Assembly: GCF_037042905.1 (NCBI RefSeq)
Contig: NC_087251.1
Location: 11,162,001-11,226,000, forward strand
DNA length: 64,000 nucleotides
From: Lytechinus pictus
Lineage: Eukaryota
Reading direction: 5' to 3'
The notes under the pieces were generated by a model. It made no database searches. It was not told where the DNA came from and saw nothing but the letters and a program-made list of their open reading frames with translations. Positions 58,501 to 64,000 of this stretch are shown here, piece by piece (within the stretch, counting starts at the first letter, position 1; each line of letters opens with the position of its first letter). A program made the position numbers and the translations under genes.

Positions 58501-59845
58501 AGAAAAGACCAGGCGAGTACTATTCATACATTATACTCTATAAGTAGTATCTAGGGTCTAATTTAAAAATAGATATCATCATGGAGCTCCATGGTGAGAT
58601 CTAATAATTTAAGTCAAACTTTTAATCACGTGCACTCACTTTTTTAACACAGGAAAGTATGTGCATGGTGTAAAATATAGATCAATTTCCAATTTTAACA
58701 AAAAAGGCATATACTTATTGCAAGTGTCATGCCAACTGGTGGTTATCCTGTGCACTGTGGCAGTAATGTACCCATGGGTGATATGTGAGGGGATTCAAGA
58801 CTCCAATGATGAAGAAGTATATGTCAATTTTGTTTTTAAAGACATCATCATGGTCATGGAGTCCTCAAGACTATGACTGTCCACTCACACTATTGCGAGG
58901 TTGGTATATTCTATACGAACCTCGCACAACCATGTGCTTTTTGTAGTGGATTTTAGAGTTGTCAGTTAACATCGCTTCATAACGTGAATGATGTTAGTCG
59001 AAACTCATTCTGCTACTCACCAGGGCTTTTTCTGGGGAATAGCGTTCCATTTTCAATTTTTAACATATTTTTTAATGATAAAAAGGATATAAAAAAGATC
59101 AAAATCGCTTACCTCGGCCTGGGAAGTGGCTTTGCATGTCTCTTCCACGGAAATAAAAGGAAGGTCGTTGATGGTGGCGCTGATACAATTCACAACCTTA
59201 ATTCAGCTTGTCGGTATTTTTAAAACTAGATTCTTGATTCATTGTATGCGCAATTACAATGATTGTTTGATAAAATAGAGACACCAATAATTTGCAATAA
59301 CTTAAAAAACGTACTTTTTATATTATTTTTGCTGACGATAATACTTTTTGGAAATATTCAAAGTGATGACAAATTAAACCAAAAATATAGAAAATTCTAT
59401 GTACCTTGAACGAAGCCCCGCAAGTGCTACCGTTTGTCAATTAACGTTCCACTAAAGTCTTTACAGTAAAAAGATTGGACACTTTGCCGACTTCGCCTAA
59501 CGCTTTGCATCGATTTACGTGTAAGATAGTTTTTGTGCCTAGTCTTTCCCTTGTAGTGTCTTTGATATGAAGATAAATCGCACGCCCTCTTTAGCTTATT
59601 AGACGAAAAATTTGGAGATGGAAGCGATGTCCATATTTTGTCAACAAGAAAAAAATCAACGCTTAAATTACGCTATTTGAGGGATATTCATCATATTAGG
59701 AGGAATTGACTTCACATCGTTCGGTAAGTTTCGTAGGAGGACTTGATCCTGTAAATCCTCTTATTAAATTTGCGGGATTTTGTTGCAATTATGGATGCGC
59801 CTTCAATTTTCCTGTACATGGCAGCAGTAATGCACCCATGGGTGA
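55583..59845. repeat. Large foldback structure: ~1.2-kb inverted arms around a ~1.9-kb spacer
   Basis: About 55583-56795 is the reverse complement of about 58668-59845 (e.g. ggagtcttgaatcccctcacatatcacccatggg vs cccatgggtgatatgtgaggggattcaagactcc). Confidence 0.85.
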
Positions 59846-60053
59846 GGTTAGGCTGGCTCTCGCAAAAGGAACTAATTCCGAGAACCTAATAGTAAAAACT
59901 AGTAAAATGCTAAGGAAGTTGGGTTAGCACTTTGTAAGTTCGTTTACAAACGATCTATCATCTAGCCTAGATCGTTCTTGACACTATTCTAGGCCCTGTA
60001 CTACTATTAAATGTAGTCTTTGTAGAAACTTGTTCACTGCAATCATTCATTAA

Positions 60054-61757
60054 AGGTCAATTCCACCCCAGAAAAATGTTGATTTGAATTTAGAGAAAAA
60101 TCAGACTACATGTAGCATAACGCTGAAACATCAAAATCGGATGTAAGATAAGAAAGTTATGGCATTTCAAAGTTTCGCTTATTTTTCACAAAACAGTGAT
60201 ATGCAATACTCAGTGGTATGCAAATGAGTCAATCGATGATGTCCATCACTCACTATTTCTTTTGTTTTTTATTGTTTGAATTATACAATTTTTCATTTTT
60301 GTCTCACCTACATAGCAGTATGAGACTATAGGCGCCGCTTTTCAGACGGCGGCGGCGGCATCAACATCAAATCTTAACCTAAGGTTAAGTTTTTGAAATG
60401 ACAGCATAACTTAGAAAGTATATGGACCTAGTTCATGAAACTTGGCCATAAAGTTAATCAAGTATTACTGAACATCCTGCCTGAGATTCATGTCACATGA
60501 CCAAGGTCAAAGGTCATTTAGGGTCAATGAACTTAGACCATGTTGGGGGAATCAACATCAAAATCTTAACCTAAGGTTAAGTTTTTGAAATGTCATCATA
60601 ACTTAGAAAATGTATGGACCTAGTTCATGAAACTTGGACATACAGTTGTAAGGTTAATCAAGTATCACTGTACATTCTGCATGAGTTTCACGTCACATGA
60701 CCAAGGTCAAAGGTCATTTAGGGCCAATGAACTTTGGCCGAATTGGGGGTATCTGTTGAATTACCATCATAACTTTGAAAGTTTATGGATCTGATTCATG
60801 AAACTTGGACATACATGTGATAGTAATCAAGTATCACTGAACATCCTGTGCAAGTTTCAGGTCACATGATTAAGGTCAAAGGTCATTTAGGGTCAATGAA
60901 CTTTGGCCAAATTGGGGGTATTTGTTGACTTACCATCATAACTTTGAAAGTGTATTGGTCTAGTTCATTAAACTTGGACATAAGAGTAATCAAGTATCAC
61001 TGAACATCCTGTGCGCATTTCAGGTCACATGACCAAGGTCAAAGGTCAATGAACTTTGGCCGAATGTGGGTATCTGTTGAATTACCATCATAACTTTGAA
61101 AGTTTATGGATCTGATTCATGAAACTTGGACATAAGAGTAATCAAGTATCACTGCACATCCTGTGCGAGTTTCAGGTCACATGATCAAGGTCAAAGGTCA
61201 TATAAGGTCAATGAATTATGGCCAAATTAGGGGTATTTGTTGAATTACCATCATATCTCTAAGTGTATTGGTCTAGTTCATAAAACGTGGACATAAGAGT
61301 AACCAAGTATCACTGAACATCTTGTGCGAGTTATAGTAGGTTTCAAAGTCAGCACTGCTGCTATATTGAATCGCGTGATGCAGGTGAGACCGCCAGAGAC
61401 ATTCCACTTGTTTATAGATTTGACGATAAGGACAAACTTGACTGTACCATATAGTATTAAACAATGCTAAATATGTTAAATGTTCAGGGAGGAATGAATT
61501 GTTGTTCACTTGACAATGAGGAGAAAATTAGAATATTCCATATTTCACATAATAAAATACAAAAGAAATAGTCATAAGTCTCATCATTTGCATACTGACC
61601 AGGATGTGAATAGAACCGTTTTGTGAAATTAAGCGAAACTTTACATTGTCATAACTTTCTTATTTTACATCTGATTTCAATGAAATTTTCAGTGCTATGC
61701 TTTTTGGATTTTTCTTTTTTTATTCAAATCAACTTTTTGTTGGGGTGGACTTGTCCT
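60054..61757. mobile_element. TTAA-flanked (Kolobok-like) MITE split by a Helentron-like insertion
   Basis: TTAA|aggtcaattccacccc ... ggggtggacttgtcct|TTAA. Confidence 0.8.
60301..61410 (+). mobile_element. Helentron-associated (HINE/DINE-like) element with ~150-190-bp internal tandem repeats
   Basis: Inserted in a T-run without a TSD; subterminal IR gtctcacct(a)cat / atgcaggtgagac; about 6 tandem units. Confidence 0.7.
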
Positions 61758-61844
61758 TTAACCACTATGCCTGTGGCAGTGTGGGGAATCTATTGTAGAT
61801 CTATTCTAAGCAGTATACAACACACATTTTAAAAATTTATTTAA

Positions 61845-63258
61845 AGTTCAAGTCCACCCCAGAAAAAGGTTGATTTGAATAAATAGAGAAAAATCAAACA
61901 TGAATAACGCTGAAAACTTCATCAAAATCGGATGTAAAATAAGAAAGTTATGACATTTTAAAGTTTCGCTTATTTTTCACAAAACAGTTCTATGCTCTAC
62001 TCTGTGATATGCAAATGAGAGTCGATGATGTCACTCACTCACTATTTCTGTTGCTTTGTATTGTTTGAATAATACAATATTTCAATTTTTACGAATTTGA
62101 CAATTAGGATCCCCTTGCTTGAACCACAAAATGTTAAAATAATGGAATTACATGTGTTCAGGGAGGAATGAGACTTTGTTTCACATGACAATGACGAGAA
62201 AATCAAAATATTTCATATAATAAAATACAAAAGAAATAGTGAGTGGATGATGTCATCAGTCCCCTCATTTGCTTGCCGACCAGGATGTGCATATATAGGG
62301 ACAGTGATTTTCCGCGATCGCGGAAAACGGACGGAATTCACGGAAAGGGCCTTTTGAAACGGAAAGTGGCATTTCAAACGGAAAATCACGGAAAACGTAA
62401 TTTCCCTCAAAATACACAGAATAGCAACAGAAATTACTCCAAAATCACAACAAAATGAGAATATTAAATGGCCACAAAACCCCATAAAACACGATCTCAC
62501 TTCGCTACTATCATGACAATTCACACATCGTGACTGCACTCGACATCAGCACACTCAATTGTACTCCGCACCTGTCCCGTACCGATACCCGGGGCGGCGC
62601 GGCCGGCCGTGTTGGGCTTCACATGCACACATATCGTTCAACTACACGGTCGTGTGTTGCTGCCCTCTACGTTTGAAGATGTAACAGCACGATATCGTGG
62701 TTTTAAAATCCAAGATGGCGGATTGGCAAAAGCCGTTGACTGATGATAACGATGTCCAAAAAAAACCCAAATTATCGATGAAATATGATTACACCGTGAA
62801 ATAATGCTAATAATGTGAAAGGTGAGGATGTATGCATGCTAAATGGGTTTGTAAAAATGTTTTATGCACCCGCATAGATCCGATTAGAACGGATTCTATT
62901 GTGTTGTTGGTACAGTAGCAGATACAAATTTTGACCAGTGCGATTCAATATGATTTTGCTATTCAATGTGTAAACGGAATTGTCACTTTTCCGTGTGTAC
63001 AAAGTCTATGGGGAAACGGAATTTCCGTTTTCTGACATGCTGAAACGGAATTTGAGATTTTCTGAAACGGAAAAGGCAATTTTTTGAAACGGAAAATCAC
63101 TGTCCCTACATATAACTGTTTTGAAAAATTAAGCGAAACTTTAAAATGTTATAACATTACTTATTTTACATCCGATTTCGATGACATTTTCAGTGTTATG
63201 TTTGTTTGATAATTCTCTTTCTATTCAAATCAGCTTTTTGTTGGGGTGGACTTGTCCT
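61845..63258. mobile_element. TTAA-type (Kolobok-like) MITE split by a TIR element
   Basis: TTAA|agttcaagtccacccc ... ggggtggacttgtcct|CTAA. Confidence 0.8.
62296..63108. mobile_element. Non-autonomous TIR element with 6-bp TSD (hAT-like TAGGG termini)
   Basis: 19-bp perfect TIR tagggacagtgattttccg; catata duplicated on both sides; subterminal aaacggaa repeats. Confidence 0.8.
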
Positions 63259-64000
63259 CTAAGTATCACTTTTGTAACCAAATATACTCATTTCTTTACA
63301 GTTGCAATTTATTTTTCATTAGTAACTCGGGGATCAGTTTTGTATTTACCAGAGACTCAGAGTGCTCAAAAACTTTAATTTTGACTCAGAGTGCTCAAAA
63401 ACTTTACTTTTGGGCATTTATTGTGTTGGCCTTCTATTGGTGGAAAGTATAATGGCAAGAAAATGCAAGAAAAAAGTCATTCAACAATCTCTATTTTAAT
63501 TGATAAAAAATAAAAGAACTCAATTTACTTAAGAGCCAAGTTATATGATGAATTGTAATAAAAACTGACAGTGTAAAAAATCAAGCATTTGTCCTCAAGA
63601 ACAGGAGAAAATCAGCATGGAAATATGCCGCAGATTTAGCAATTTGAAGGCCGAAATTACGATTTTCAACGGGGATTTTGGTGAGGTGTACCTCCGGATT
63701 GGCGCTAATGCAGTTTCATGGGTTTTTCTTTTAAAAATCATTGATTTAAATCACTTCCATTGGAACATGTACAAATGATTGACAATTTTTTTTCGTTAAA
63801 GGTCATTTGGGGGTCAAAAGATTATACTGCATATTGATCGCAAAATCAGGCGAGACTTGTGGTATGTGAACCAGCTTGTATGTCTTGGAGTACATTGCAA
63901 AAACTCTACGTCAACATAACATTGGCCTAGCATCTATACACCAACTGGTGTTGCTGAAACGCACCCTAATTGCCACCTCAAAGCCAAACTGGTGTTGCTA

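Noticed and set aside
52700..64000. Short ORFs downstream of gene B
   Set aside because: No recognisable domains or consistent exon chain; the region is explained by repeats and foldback DNA.

Overview
AT-rich, intron-rich eukaryotic DNA. The gene family and repeat types suggest a sea urchin (inference). It holds two complete, divergently transcribed 10-exon astacin (M12A) metalloprotease genes of the BP10/SpAN type, which I rebuilt by hand from GT-AG splice sites with consistent phases. Gene A (minus strand, 21528->1980, 1310 aa): signal peptide, propeptide, astacin domain, EGF, CUB, a long Thr/Ser/Pro mucin-like repeat, CUB, CUB, and an unusual Asn/Gly/Asp/Trp tail. Gene B (plus strand, 26149->51492, 566 aa): signal peptide, propeptide, astacin domain, EGF, CUB, CUB, with a remodelled cysteine pattern. 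Introns and flanks carry many transposons: a frameshifted PIF/Harbinger element, LINE fragments, tRNA-derived SINEs, hAT/Tc1-mariner/Mutator/TTAA(Kolobok-like) MITEs, a Helentron-like element and large foldback inverted repeats. The most unusual non-coding signal is at 47.1-48.3 kb. There, a (TA)n-embedded cluster carries a fully base-paired tRNA-like gene with a UCA triplet at the anticodon position and a T6 terminator, plus a minimal type-I hammerhead ribozyme motif on the same strand.
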